Assembly (NCBI GenBank): GCA_017550645.1 | Contig: JAFZOI010000017.1 | Coordinates: 1,073-65,072 of the forward strand | Origin: Oscillospiraceae bacterium | Lineage (GTDB): Bacteria; Bacillota; Clostridia; Oscillospirales; Oscillospiraceae | Direction: 5' to 3' | Length of the DNA: 64,000 nucleotides | Shown here: one piece after another, positions 55,964 to 64,000 of the stretch | Position numbering within the stretch: the stretch's first letter is position 1 | Layout of the letters: the number at the start of each line of letters is the position of its first letter | Position numbers and translations under genes: made by a program | The notes under the pieces: model-generated | What the model was told of the DNA's origin: nothing | What the model saw: the letters and a program-made list of their open reading frames with translations, nothing else | Databases searched by the model: none

Positions 55964-58566
55964 TATTCAGCCTCCCGGGTCAGCTTTATCAGCTCGTCGA
56001 GCGTCGCGTACATCTCGCCGACCGCCGCTCTGCCGTCGGAGAGCATCGCGATCGCTTTGGATCCGTCCGGGCTGAAGCCTATCTCCGTGAAGCTGAGATC
56101 GCCCGGAGCCGTGATGCGATAGAGCAGATTGCCCGTCCGGACGGAATAGACGAGCACCACGTTGCCAGAGGTCCCGCACAGCAGCATGAGCTTTGACCCG
56201 TCCGGAGAGAATTCCGACTTGTACGCGTATCCCTCGCCGCGCAGGACGTGGACCATAGTCCCGCTCTCGAGGTCGAAGACGGCGCATCTCGGGTCGTAGC
56301 CCCCGCAGGAGGCCATCAGCGAGCCGTTGAAGACCACGTCCTCGACGGAGTTATAGCAGTGCTCCGCCATACAGTATGCGTCCTTGATATTGTCCGGATC
56401 GGAGATGTCGAAGACCTCGATGAATCCGTCGTAATGCGTGCAGGCAGCGTATTTCGTCTCGGGGTCTATATACACGGCCGACTTTCTGTTCACGTTGCCG
56501 GGGAAGGTCGTATAGTAATCGCCGGCGGAATGCTTCAAGGTCAGTCCGATGAACGCGGAGGGATTGGTGTATCTCGGCGTCGTGAAAAGCTCGCCCTTAT
56601 AGCCGCTTACTATCTTCGCCGTCGCCGCCTCCGGCGTTATGAGGACGGCCGGATCGCTGCCGTAGGTATCGCTGAGAACCTTCGTCCCGTCGTTGGAGAA
56701 GGCAGAGCACGGGCGGTCGGAGAGCATCTCCCCCGTCTTTATATCGAATACGCCCGAGATCCCCCCGTAGGCGCAGACATACTTGCCGTTGGGCGAGACG
56801 GACGCCTCCGTCACGATGTTGGATTCGGCGGAAATATCCCAAAGCTTTTTCCCGCTCTTGACGTCTATCGCGCAAAGATACTCGGAGGACATGAACAGCA
56901 GCACGCTCCCGTCGTAATTGATGAGAGCCGTGCCCATAGAGAAGCCCGTACCGCTCACCGCTCCGCTCAGGATGAGCTTTCCCGTCTCGGCGTTCCAGAC
57001 GAAATACGTATTCACGGAGGAGGCGGCGACATATTTGCCGTTGCCGCTGAACATTATCGGGAAATAACCGCGCTCGGAATCGTTTTCGAGCTTGATCTCA
57101 CGCTTCCCGTCGAGGGACTTTATCTTCAGCCCCTCGCCGTAACCGGGCGAGCCCTCGACTATGCACGTCCCGTCCGGAGAGAGATCGACCATGAAGGGCT
57201 GGATGTACGACTCGACCGTCCCCGTGTTTATGGGGAGCACGTCCACGCCGTCGTCGGCCTCGTAGTCCCATATGCACAGTACCGTGCGCAGAGGGACGAG
57301 TATCCTGTGATCGTCCATGGCGAAGACCTTTTCGCCTATGTTCCATGCCATTCCGTCGGACGCGTCAAACTCTCGGTACAGCTCGCCGGTCTCGGTCTTA
57401 TAAAGGGAAACGTAGCCGTACCATGAGTCGACCGTGAAGAAATACTTGTCATCCTTGGTAAATCCGACGCTGTCGAGCATTCCGACGTCGCTGCGCGATA
57501 CGGAGTACATCAGCTTTCCGCTCTCGGCGTCTATGAGCGTCGCGGAATTGAGATTCGTGATGCCGAGCAGGTAGCGGTCGTCGTGGGAGAAGACTATCGA
57601 ATTGAACCTGCGGTTGTCGTTGTCTATGGTCTGTATCGTCTCGAAGCTGCCGGTATAGAGCGACGCCTCGAGCGCGGAATAGAGCGCCCCGTCGTTGTCC
57701 TTTCCGACCGTTTCCCGAAGTTCCGACGCCTCTGCAAGCATCTTCTGCGCGGGCAGCTTGTTGTCGCTGCTGACGGAGATGTTGGCCTGCTCGATGAGCA
57801 CCTGCATCTGATTGTTCAGCGCGATGTCCCTCTGCTCCGCTATCTCCTCGTTTTGCCGGACTATCTCCTCGTTCTGGCTCTTTATCTGCTCGTTCTGCGC
57901 GGTGATCTGCGCGTTTTTAACAAGTGCGTACGTCAGGAATCCGCCGAGCAGCACTATGACCGCGGCCGCCGCGGCGATCGCCGTCCTGACTCTTTTTCTT
58001 CTCGCGCGCTGACGCAGGGCGTCGTAGCTGACGTTCAGGATAGGCGCGAGAAGGCGCAGCTTCTCCCGCCCGAGCTTCTTCAGGGATTCCGAGAGGGTCG
58101 AGCCTCTGACGTCGCCCGCCAGCGGCTCTATCTCGACCATTCTCCCCTCCTGCTGCACGAAGCGCAGCTGCGCGGGGAAGGAATCCTCCGGCTCGCCGTT
58201 CGCGAGAACGGTCAGGATATGGTCGCGCCTGCCTATCGAAATGAAATACTCGAGCTCGGTCATGCACCATTTCGACTGAAGGTAATCCGGAGAGCATACG
58301 GCGATGAGCCACTCGGAATTATCCAGAGCGGCCTTGATGTCGCCTCCGAGGTCGGTCGAAAGCGGCAGTTCCTCCTGATCGCGGAAGACCCTGCCCATTT
58401 TCCTGCGGCCGGAGGAGGCCTTGACGTCCTTCGGGATGGAATAGTTTTCGATGAGCGAATGGAGCTTTTTCGCTATCGCTTCGTCGGGAAGCTTATGCCG
58501 GTAAGAAATAAAGGCCGTATATGCGTATTGATCCACAGTCTTCACCCCAAACGGTTTTTTATTCAT
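55963..58566 (-). CDS. TIR domain - single TM - coiled coil - WD40/PD40-like beta-propeller protein
   Basis: 867 aa. TIR_2-like N-terminus (AFISYRH, VFRDQEEL, SKWCMTELEYF). TM TAIAAAAAVIVLLGGFLTYALV is preceded by RQRARRKRVR. More than 10 blades of the FSPDGSK/FSGNGKY/VSPNGKY type. The 5' end is uncertain: no SD precedes the first ATG, and an in-frame GTG at 58536 has GGGGTGA upstream. Confidence 0.8.
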   Translation of the reverse strand: MNKKPFGVKTVDQYAYTAFISYRHKLPDEAIAKKLHSLIENYSIPKDVKASSGRRKMGRVFRDQEELPLSTDLGGDIKAALDNSEWLIAVCSPDYLQSKWCMTELEYFISIGRRDHILTVLANGEPEDSFPAQLRFVQQEGRMVEIEPLAGDVRGSTLSESLKKLGREKLRLLAPILNVSYDALRQRARRKRVRTAIAAAAAVIVLLGGFLTYALVKNAQITAQNEQIKSQNEEIVRQNEEIAEQRDIALNNQMQVLIEQANISVSSDNKLPAQKMLAEASELRETVGKDNDGALYSALEASLYTGSFETIQTIDNDNRRFNSIVFSHDDRYLLGITNLNSATLIDAESGKLMYSVSRSDVGMLDSVGFTKDDKYFFTVDSWYGYVSLYKTETGELYREFDASDGMAWNIGEKVFAMDDHRILVPLRTVLCIWDYEADDGVDVLPINTGTVESYIQPFMVDLSPDGTCIVEGSPGYGEGLKIKSLDGKREIKLENDSERGYFPIMFSGNGKYVAASSVNTYFVWNAETGKLILSGAVSGTGFSMGTALINYDGSVLLFMSSEYLCAIDVKSGKKLWDISAESNIVTEASVSPNGKYVCAYGGISGVFDIKTGEMLSDRPCSAFSNDGTKVLSDTYGSDPAVLITPEAATAKIVSGYKGELFTTPRYTNPSAFIGLTLKHSAGDYYTTFPGNVNRKSAVYIDPETKYAACTHYDGFIEVFDISDPDNIKDAYCMAEHCYNSVEDVVFNGSLMASCGGYDPRCAVFDLESGTMVHVLRGEGYAYKSEFSPDGSKLMLLCGTSGNVVLVYSVRTGNLLYRITAPGDLSFTEIGFSPDGSKAIAMLSDGRAAVGEMYATLDELIKLTREAE

Positions 58567-58630
58567 AATAGCACACGGGTCTATTTATGACAATACATGC
58601 CGGAAAGCGGCTCAAAAGCGCCGCCGCAGG

Positions 58631-58659
58631 TTGAATTTCATAAAGAAATGATGTATGAT
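58631..58659 (+). promoter_or_regulatory. promoter TTGAAT-17-TATGAT
   Basis: TTGAAT 58631-58636, 17-nt spacer, TATGAT 58654-58659. This argues that the downstream CDS starts at 58685, not 58655. Confidence 0.45.
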
Positions 58660-58684
58660 AAAAGAAAAAACACGGAGGTCAGCC

Positions 58685-59092
58685 ATGATCATCAACGGAA
58701 CACTCTACTATAAGGACGTCATCACCATCGAGGATAAGTTCGAGGGCTTCGACACCTCGAAAAAGGGCGCGGCTTTCGATCCCGACGTCGCCGATTCGAT
58801 CGCGTTCGCGCTCTACGGCAAGACCGTCTTCAACGAGATCACAAAGCTCAGCAAGGGCGTGCCCCTCATCGACCTCGAGATCGAGTGCGGCGGCAAGAAG
58901 ACCCGCGTCGTCAGGCAGCCGAGATACGTCGCCATGGAGAGCTACGGCGCAGGCCGCCCGTCTCCCGAGCAGTGGAACATCCAGGACGGCACGCCGAAGC
59001 TCCAGACCCTGACAGGCGACGAGTTCTTCAAGCGCGTCAAGGACTGCATCGACATGGATTACGAGGAGTTCGCAGCCTTCTGCAAGGGCTGA
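58685..59092 (+). CDS. hypothetical protein resembling an SbcC/Rad50 N-terminal segment without Walker A
   Basis: 135 aa from MIINGTLYY (GGAGG SD 6 nt upstream). ADSIAFALYGKT, KTRVVRQPRY and MDYEEFAAF recall the AAA_23 N-terminal lobe, but no GxxGxGK(S/T) motif is present. Confidence 0.5.
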   Translation: MIINGTLYYKDVITIEDKFEGFDTSKKGAAFDPDVADSIAFALYGKTVFNEITKLSKGVPLIDLEIECGGKKTRVVRQPRYVAMESYGAGRPSPEQWNIQDGTPKLQTLTGDEFFKRVKDCIDMDYEEFAAFCKG

Positions 59093-59109
59093 GATCCCCG
59101 AAAAACGCG

Positions 59110-59141
59110 AAAAAGCCCATCCGGCCGGATGGGCTTTTTTT
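59110..59141. terminator. bidirectional terminator
   Basis: Stem aaaaagcccatcc / ggatgggcttttt with a 4-nt loop. Confidence 0.8.
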
Positions 59142-60717
59142 ATTCGTCTCCGCCGCAGAGGTTGTACATGAGGAGGCTCATTAGCAGACCCGTACGGACG
59201 TTCGCGTCCTCGAGATCGCCCAGATGCACGGTCTCGCGCAGGTGCTCTATCCTGTATACGACGCTGTTGCGGTGAAGATGCATCGCTTCGCCGGTCTCCT
59301 TCGCGCGCCGCTCGTTCATCAGATACGTATACAGCAGCTGCAGATTGTTCGAGCCGTTTTTCCTGTCGAGCTCTTCTATCTCGGAGAGAGCGCGCCCTGC
59401 GTCGGACAGCAGCCACTGGCGGATGACGTCGTAGGAGTTGTCCAGAAGGCAGTACGGCAGATACTCGTCGAAGCGGAAAGCGTGCGGATAGCGGGTCCGC
59501 AGCTGCTCTATATGCGCGCTCCTGCGCAGCCGGTCGCCGGAATTGAGCGCCTCCTTCGCCTGCATATACGCCACGCCGATCTGCGAGACATCATCAAAAA
59601 ACGAGCTCACTCCGCAGGTCAGCTCGTATTTTTCAAGCAGCTTGAAAAATTCGAGCGCTTCCCTGTCAGCCGCGTCGTAAGAGCCCTCCTCCGCACCGAT
59701 GAGGAGGACGAGTTCCTGCTGATAAAGAGCGATGTGGACGTGGGAGAAGAGCTCGGAAACGTCCTTGCTCAGACGCCCTACTAGGGTATTCGCGACGGCG
59801 TTCACGGGGATCCGGACGAGGCACATCACGTCGCTCGGGAAGCCGTTTTGCGCCATGCGCTCCTTCACCTGCTCTTGATCAGTCGCGCTGCCGCTGAGAA
59901 GGTCTGACAGCAGAGAGCTGTAAAGCACCAGCTCCGCGTTCTGGTTCTCCCAGTCGCGGGCGGCGAATTTGGCGATGAACTCGCAGAGCATATTATACAG
60001 GTCGATCACGTCCGGCGTCGCCTCACGGTTATTGCAGGTCATGACGGCGTGGGCCATGTATTCGCCGTTCATGCGAAATATGCGCCCGACGAGCGTATAC
60101 GGCGAGAAGAGATGTCCGTTGTCTATGTAAAAGTCGTGTTCCTCCCAGAACTTCACCCGGCCGGTGCTGCGGAATTTGGCGACGACGGACTCGGGGTGGT
60201 ATCCATGCTTGATCATGCGCTGGCAGATGGCGTCGTCGCAGGGTATGTTGGCGGTATTGGCGACTAGCCTGAACGTGTTGTCGCTGACGGCGATGTAGTT
60301 GCCGATCATGTCCTTGCTCATCTCCATGATCTCCTGCAGACTGCAGCCGTTGGTCATGTCCTCGGCCATACGCATGCGCCAGTCCATGATGCGAATGTAC
60401 CGCTCGTTGAGCCTCTGATAAATCTCGGCAGGCTCAGCGTCGGCAAACACGGCGACGACGCCGCGCGGGTCGTTCTCCGGGAAAACGCCGCCTTCTCCGC
60501 AAAGGCAGACTATCGCGCCGTATCCCTTGATAAGGGCCGCCTCGGGCACATCCGCCGCCGAGCAAACTATAAGGCGCTCCTCAGGAACGTCGTCGGTCCT
60601 CCCCCCTTTGCAAAAAAGCGTTATGCCGCTGACGCGCAGTCCGTCCTGATCCGCGACGCGGCTTTCCGACGGGAGATCGCTTATCGCGGCGAGCAGCATG
60701 TTCAAGGTCGCCTGCAT
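59140..60717 (-). CDS. PucR/CdaR-family transcriptional regulator
   Basis: C-terminal PucR HTH (AMHLHRNSVVYRIEHLRE). Start set at MQATLNMLL (AAAGGA SD 8 nt upstream). The longest ORF reaches 60759. Confidence 0.8.
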   Translation of the reverse strand: MQATLNMLLAAISDLPSESRVADQDGLRVSGITLFCKGGRTDDVPEERLIVCSAADVPEAALIKGYGAIVCLCGEGGVFPENDPRGVVAVFADAEPAEIYQRLNERYIRIMDWRMRMAEDMTNGCSLQEIMEMSKDMIGNYIAVSDNTFRLVANTANIPCDDAICQRMIKHGYHPESVVAKFRSTGRVKFWEEHDFYIDNGHLFSPYTLVGRIFRMNGEYMAHAVMTCNNREATPDVIDLYNMLCEFIAKFAARDWENQNAELVLYSSLLSDLLSGSATDQEQVKERMAQNGFPSDVMCLVRIPVNAVANTLVGRLSKDVSELFSHVHIALYQQELVLLIGAEEGSYDAADREALEFFKLLEKYELTCGVSSFFDDVSQIGVAYMQAKEALNSGDRLRRSAHIEQLRTRYPHAFRFDEYLPYCLLDNSYDVIRQWLLSDAGRALSEIEELDRKNGSNNLQLLYTYLMNERRAKETGEAMHLHRNSVVYRIEHLRETVHLGDLEDANVRTGLLMSLLMYNLCGGDE

Positions 60718-60830
60718 CGGCCTCATCCTTTCATCGTGTCTTTGCCAACAGTATACCATTCAAAGGCTCTCGGTGTCTACAAAAAAAGGAAGCAGCCGGA
60801 TCGAGTCCGGCTGCTTCCTTTTCGTTTAAG

Positions 60831-61364
60831 TTACATGGGCCACTCGGAGATGATGCGCTCGCGCAGATCCTTGTGGAAAAGCCCTATGGTGTTTCTGACC
60901 GCGCCGTAGATCAGCTCAATGGCAAACAGCGCCAGACCTACGGCCATCAGATAATAGAACGGATAATACGGGATATAGAGCGTGTCGGTCGCGGCCTTCA
61001 TCGTCTTGAGAAATCCCGCGTGCACGAAAGAGGCATATGTCAGAAGCACGCCCACGATCGCGCTGAACCAGTTGACGACCGTCCAGCATATCATCGGTCC
61101 ATGGCCGGGCAGCTTGCGCATGAAGAACGTGATCTCTACCATGCCCTTCTTGTGCTGCGTGTAGGCCATGCCGAAGAATATCAGGACCGTCTCGCCGAGC
61201 CCTACGTATTCGCTGCTGCCGCGCACCGCCTTGTGCAGTACAAAGCGCCCGAACACGTCCGCGATGATGACGCCAAAGTTGAATACTATCGCCAGCGCCG
61301 CCACGATGCAACCCGCCAGTCCAATATAGCCAACTATCTTTTCCGCCTTATCGATTGTCTTCAC
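60831..61364 (-). CDS. TRAP transporter small permease (DctQ-type)
   Basis: 177 aa, 4 TM. The N-terminal region (IIADVFGRFVLHKAVRGSSEY) is typical of DctQ. Confidence 0.8.
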   Translation of the reverse strand: MKTIDKAEKIVGYIGLAGCIVAALAIVFNFGVIIADVFGRFVLHKAVRGSSEYVGLGETVLIFFGMAYTQHKKGMVEITFFMRKLPGHGPMICWTVVNWFSAIVGVLLTYASFVHAGFLKTMKAATDTLYIPYYPFYYLMAVGLALFAIELIYGAVRNTIGLFHKDLRERIISEWPM

Positions 61365-61431
61365 GGATGAAACACCGCCTTTGAAAGATCAGTTGATGAT
61401 CGCTTTATGATCTGATGAGCTCGCTCCGGGA

Positions 61432-62511
61432 TCAGTTGTAGTAGTTATAAACTCCGTTGTAGTACTCGATGAACTCTCTGGTCTTGTCGAAGATGCCCTG
61501 ACCGTCGTAGCCGGCCTCGTTCATCTCCTGGATCCAGGCGGCCCAGACTTCCTCGGCGGCCGCGGTGAGCTCGGCGTTGAACTCGTCGCTGATGGGGGCG
61601 ACGGTGATGCCGGCGGCCTCAGCCTTGGCGACCATCTCGTCGCGCTGCTCGGCGTAGATCTGGCCGATGCGATCGCGGAACCACTGCTGGGAGCCGTCTA
61701 TAATAGCCTTGAGGTCATCGGGGAGAGCATCGTACTTGTCCTTGTTGAGGCAGAAGAGCAGCTCGCTGGCGCAGCAGTGCGCGTCGACGATGTAGCCGGT
61801 CTGCTCAAGCAGAGCGCCGGACTGGATCTTGTCCCAGTCGTAGAGGTAGGAGTTGATGATGCCCTTTTCGAGGTACTCATAGCCCTCGTTGGAGCCGGCG
61901 TTGATGGGGTTGGCGCCAATGGCGGTGACCCAGTTGGAGTTGAAACCGCCGGTGACGCGCATGTTGAGGCCCTTGAGGTCGGCCATCGAGGTGACGGGGG
62001 TGCTGTCCTTGAAGCCGATGGGCATCGTGGTCGCGGAGTGGAGGGTCACGACGTAGAGGTTGCTGAGAGACTCGGTATAGTAGTCGGTCTGCTCGAGCAT
62101 GGCGGTAAGGGTCGCGGAGGCGACGTCGGCGTTATGCACGCCCATCATCGGGAGCGTGAGGGCCTCGGCGGGACGGTACAGGCCGGCATAGATGGTCATG
62201 GCGGACCAGAAGCCGTCGGTCAGACCGCCGACGCAGTTGCTGACGCAGTCCTTGATGCTGCCTAGCTGGCCGTTGGCGCAGATCTGCATATCGAGGCGGC
62301 CGTTGGACTGCTCCTTGAGCATCTGGCTCCACTCGGTCAGAGCGATGTAAGCGCCGGAGTTCTCGGGGTTGGGATAGTCGATCTTGAAGGTGTAGACCTT
62401 GTTGTCGTCCGTAGAGGATGAGGGCTTCTGAGCGCCGTTGCTGCAGCCGGCGAGGAGCATGGCAGCGATGAGCACCAGCGCAAGGATCGCGATGAGCTTG
62501 GTTCTTTTCAT
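61432..62511 (-). CDS. TRAP transporter substrate-binding lipoprotein (DctP-type)
   Basis: 359 aa. Lipobox LLAGCSNG and DctP-like fold motifs (LNMRVTGGFNSNW). Confidence 0.8.
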   Translation of the reverse strand: MKRTKLIAILALVLIAAMLLAGCSNGAQKPSSSTDDNKVYTFKIDYPNPENSGAYIALTEWSQMLKEQSNGRLDMQICANGQLGSIKDCVSNCVGGLTDGFWSAMTIYAGLYRPAEALTLPMMGVHNADVASATLTAMLEQTDYYTESLSNLYVVTLHSATTMPIGFKDSTPVTSMADLKGLNMRVTGGFNSNWVTAIGANPINAGSNEGYEYLEKGIINSYLYDWDKIQSGALLEQTGYIVDAHCCASELLFCLNKDKYDALPDDLKAIIDGSQQWFRDRIGQIYAEQRDEMVAKAEAAGITVAPISDEFNAELTAAAEEVWAAWIQEMNEAGYDGQGIFDKTREFIEYYNGVYNYYN

Positions 62512-62590
62512 GTCTTTTCTCCTTTTAATTATTTGATATGTTCGACCCTTGCGGGTTTAACATCATTGATCTTCATGCAGGCGCGACGCG

Positions 62591-63907
62591 CTACATGACC
62601 GGTCCGTATATCAGCGTGGGGAGCCACGTGGAAAGCGACGGGAAGAGAATGATCAGCACCGTGACCGCGAAGATCGCGATACAGTACGGCACGACCCGCT
62701 TGAAGACGTCTTTGAGCGCCACCTCCGACGATATCGTCGACGATACGAATACGCCGAAGCATATGGGCGGCGTGATGGAGCCCGCGCACATGATGAGGAC
62801 GATGACGACGCCGAACCAGATGGGATCGAAGCCGAGGCTCGTCGCCACGGGCAGGAAGATGGGCACCGTGAGGAGGACCGTCGCCATGGAATCCATGACC
62901 ATGCCGAGCAGGAAGTAAATGACCACGATGATCAGCATGATGACGTAGCGGTTCACGTTCATGCTCGCGGCGAGATTGGCGAGGTCCTGAGGAAGGTGCG
63001 TCGCGGTCAGGAAGTAGCCGAAGACGTAGGCGCCGAGCATGATGAGGAAGACCATGCATATGCTCTTGACCGAGTCGCCGAGCGCCTTCGTGAAGCCCTT
63101 GAAGGTAAACTTGCCGGTGAAAACGGTGTAGAGGAAAGCGAGCAGGCATCCGACGGCGGCGGCCTCGGTCGCGGAGAAAATGCCGCTGAACATGCCGCCG
63201 ATGACGGCCGCAAAGAGCACCACGATGGGGATAAGGCCGACAAGGCTCTTGAGCTTCTCCTTCATGGTATAGCTCTGGCCCTTGGGGCCGAGCGAGGGAT
63301 TGATGATGCAGAGCACCGTGCAGGCGACTATGTACGCGACGAGGAGTATGACGCCGGGGATGATGCCGGCTGCGAACAATCGCCCGACGGAGCACGTCGC
63401 GATAACGCCGTATAGGATAAAGCCCGTGCTCGGCGGTATGAGCCAGCTGAGCGTGCCGCCCGCGGCCGCGGTGGCGAGGCTCAGGCCTCCGTCGTACTTA
63501 AAACGCTTCATCTCGGGATAAGCAAGCCTTCCCATCGTCAGGACCGTCGCGTTGGTCGCTCCGCAGATTGCGCCGAAGCCGCCGCAGGCGACGAGGGTGG
63601 CGAAGCTCAGTCCGCCGGGAAGACGGCCGAGCCAGTGCTCGCAGCAGTCGTACAGGCCTTTGCCCATCCCTGACATTAGAGCGAAGGCCCCCATCAGGAC
63701 GAACAGCGGGATAACGACCATCGTATAGCTTGAGGCGTTGGAGAACGGAACGGTACGGAAGAGGAATATAGCCTGCTTCCAGCTTCCGGTCGCGACCCAG
63801 TAGCCGACAAGGCCGACGAGGAACATGCTCATGCCCATATTCATGCCCAGGAAGGTCAGGCCGATCATGACGAGTATTCCTATGATGCCAAGCAACGTAA
63901 GATCCAT
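62591..63907 (-). CDS. TRAP transporter large permease (DctM-type)
   Basis: 438 aa, about 12 TM, DctM-like throughout. Confidence 0.88.
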   Translation of the reverse strand: MDLTLLGIIGILVMIGLTFLGMNMGMSMFLVGLVGYWVATGSWKQAIFLFRTVPFSNASSYTMVVIPLFVLMGAFALMSGMGKGLYDCCEHWLGRLPGGLSFATLVACGGFGAICGATNATVLTMGRLAYPEMKRFKYDGGLSLATAAAGGTLSWLIPPSTGFILYGVIATCSVGRLFAAGIIPGVILLVAYIVACTVLCIINPSLGPKGQSYTMKEKLKSLVGLIPIVVLFAAVIGGMFSGIFSATEAAAVGCLLAFLYTVFTGKFTFKGFTKALGDSVKSICMVFLIMLGAYVFGYFLTATHLPQDLANLAASMNVNRYVIMLIIVVIYFLLGMVMDSMATVLLTVPIFLPVATSLGFDPIWFGVVIVLIMCAGSITPPICFGVFVSSTISSEVALKDVFKRVVPYCIAIFAVTVLIILFPSLSTWLPTLIYGPVM

Positions 63908-63955
63908 TACTTCAGATACGCTCCTTTCTGCGGGACTTCATACGATCCGGAGCTG

Positions 63956-64000
63956 TCACTCCAGTTCGATCATGTAGTATTCGAGGATTATGGAGTCGGG
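63956..64000 (-). CDS. 3' end of an unidentified upstream CDS (fragment)
   Basis: Open frame ...PDSIILEYYMIELE followed by TGA at 63956-63958. Too short to identify. Confidence 0.3.
   Translation of the reverse strand, partial: PDSIILEYYMIELE

Noticed and set aside
57820-57905. Apparent tandem DNA repeat (tatctcctcgtt... recurring).
   Set aside because: It encodes the QNEEI/QNEQI heptad-like coiled coil of the TIR protein. It is an in-frame coding periodicity, not a CRISPR or VNTR-type element.
62529-63395. 288-aa minus-strand ORF overlapping dctM in another frame. Other in-gene alternative-frame ORFs occur, for example 32743-33327 and 29816-30448.
   Set aside because: Their composition is extremely Arg/His/Pro-rich, and they lie wholly inside genes with strong family identity.

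Overview
High-GC (about 60%) chromosomal segment from a spore-forming, anaerobic Firmicute; Clostridia, Oscillospiraceae-like, is inferred from gene content only. Coding density is high and most genes are housekeeping or accessory metabolism: a gerA-type germinant receptor operon, lexA-cysE-cysS-glnS, a CUT1-type sugar ABC operon, a DUF169 / NifU-like / GGGtGRT trio, reverse rubrerythrin, asp23-yloV, typA, tRNA-Val(GAC), MATE efflux, a C11 peptidase, a large SLH-anchored surface protein, several Fe-S/flavin redox enzymes, and a PucR regulator with a TRAP transporter. No CRISPR array, rRNA, transposase or integrase was seen. Observations worth follow-up: (1) a translationally coupled pair encoding a TIR-TM-beta-propeller receptor-like protein and an HD-phosphohydrolase/RyR-domain protein (53936-58566). 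It sits in a terminator-bounded block that also holds a low-GC islet with a HEPN-like (Rx4H) ORF and an SbcC-N-terminus-like fragment. This is my best candidate for an undescribed signalling or defence system. (2) A cobalamin riboswitch (about 33995-34200, minus strand) in front of a non-canonical operon: a small charged protein plus a DUF1295 membrane enzyme. (3) A second LexA-like repressor with a UmuD-like Cys-Gly site, followed by a Y-family polymerase and a YolD-like protein. (4) A lipoprotein-anchored barnase/barstar pair next to a lipoprotein that shares an almost identical 49-nt signal-peptide module. Many long antisense ORFs in the track are GC-driven shadow ORFs and were rejected. 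All domain calls rest on motif recognition by eye and no searches were run.
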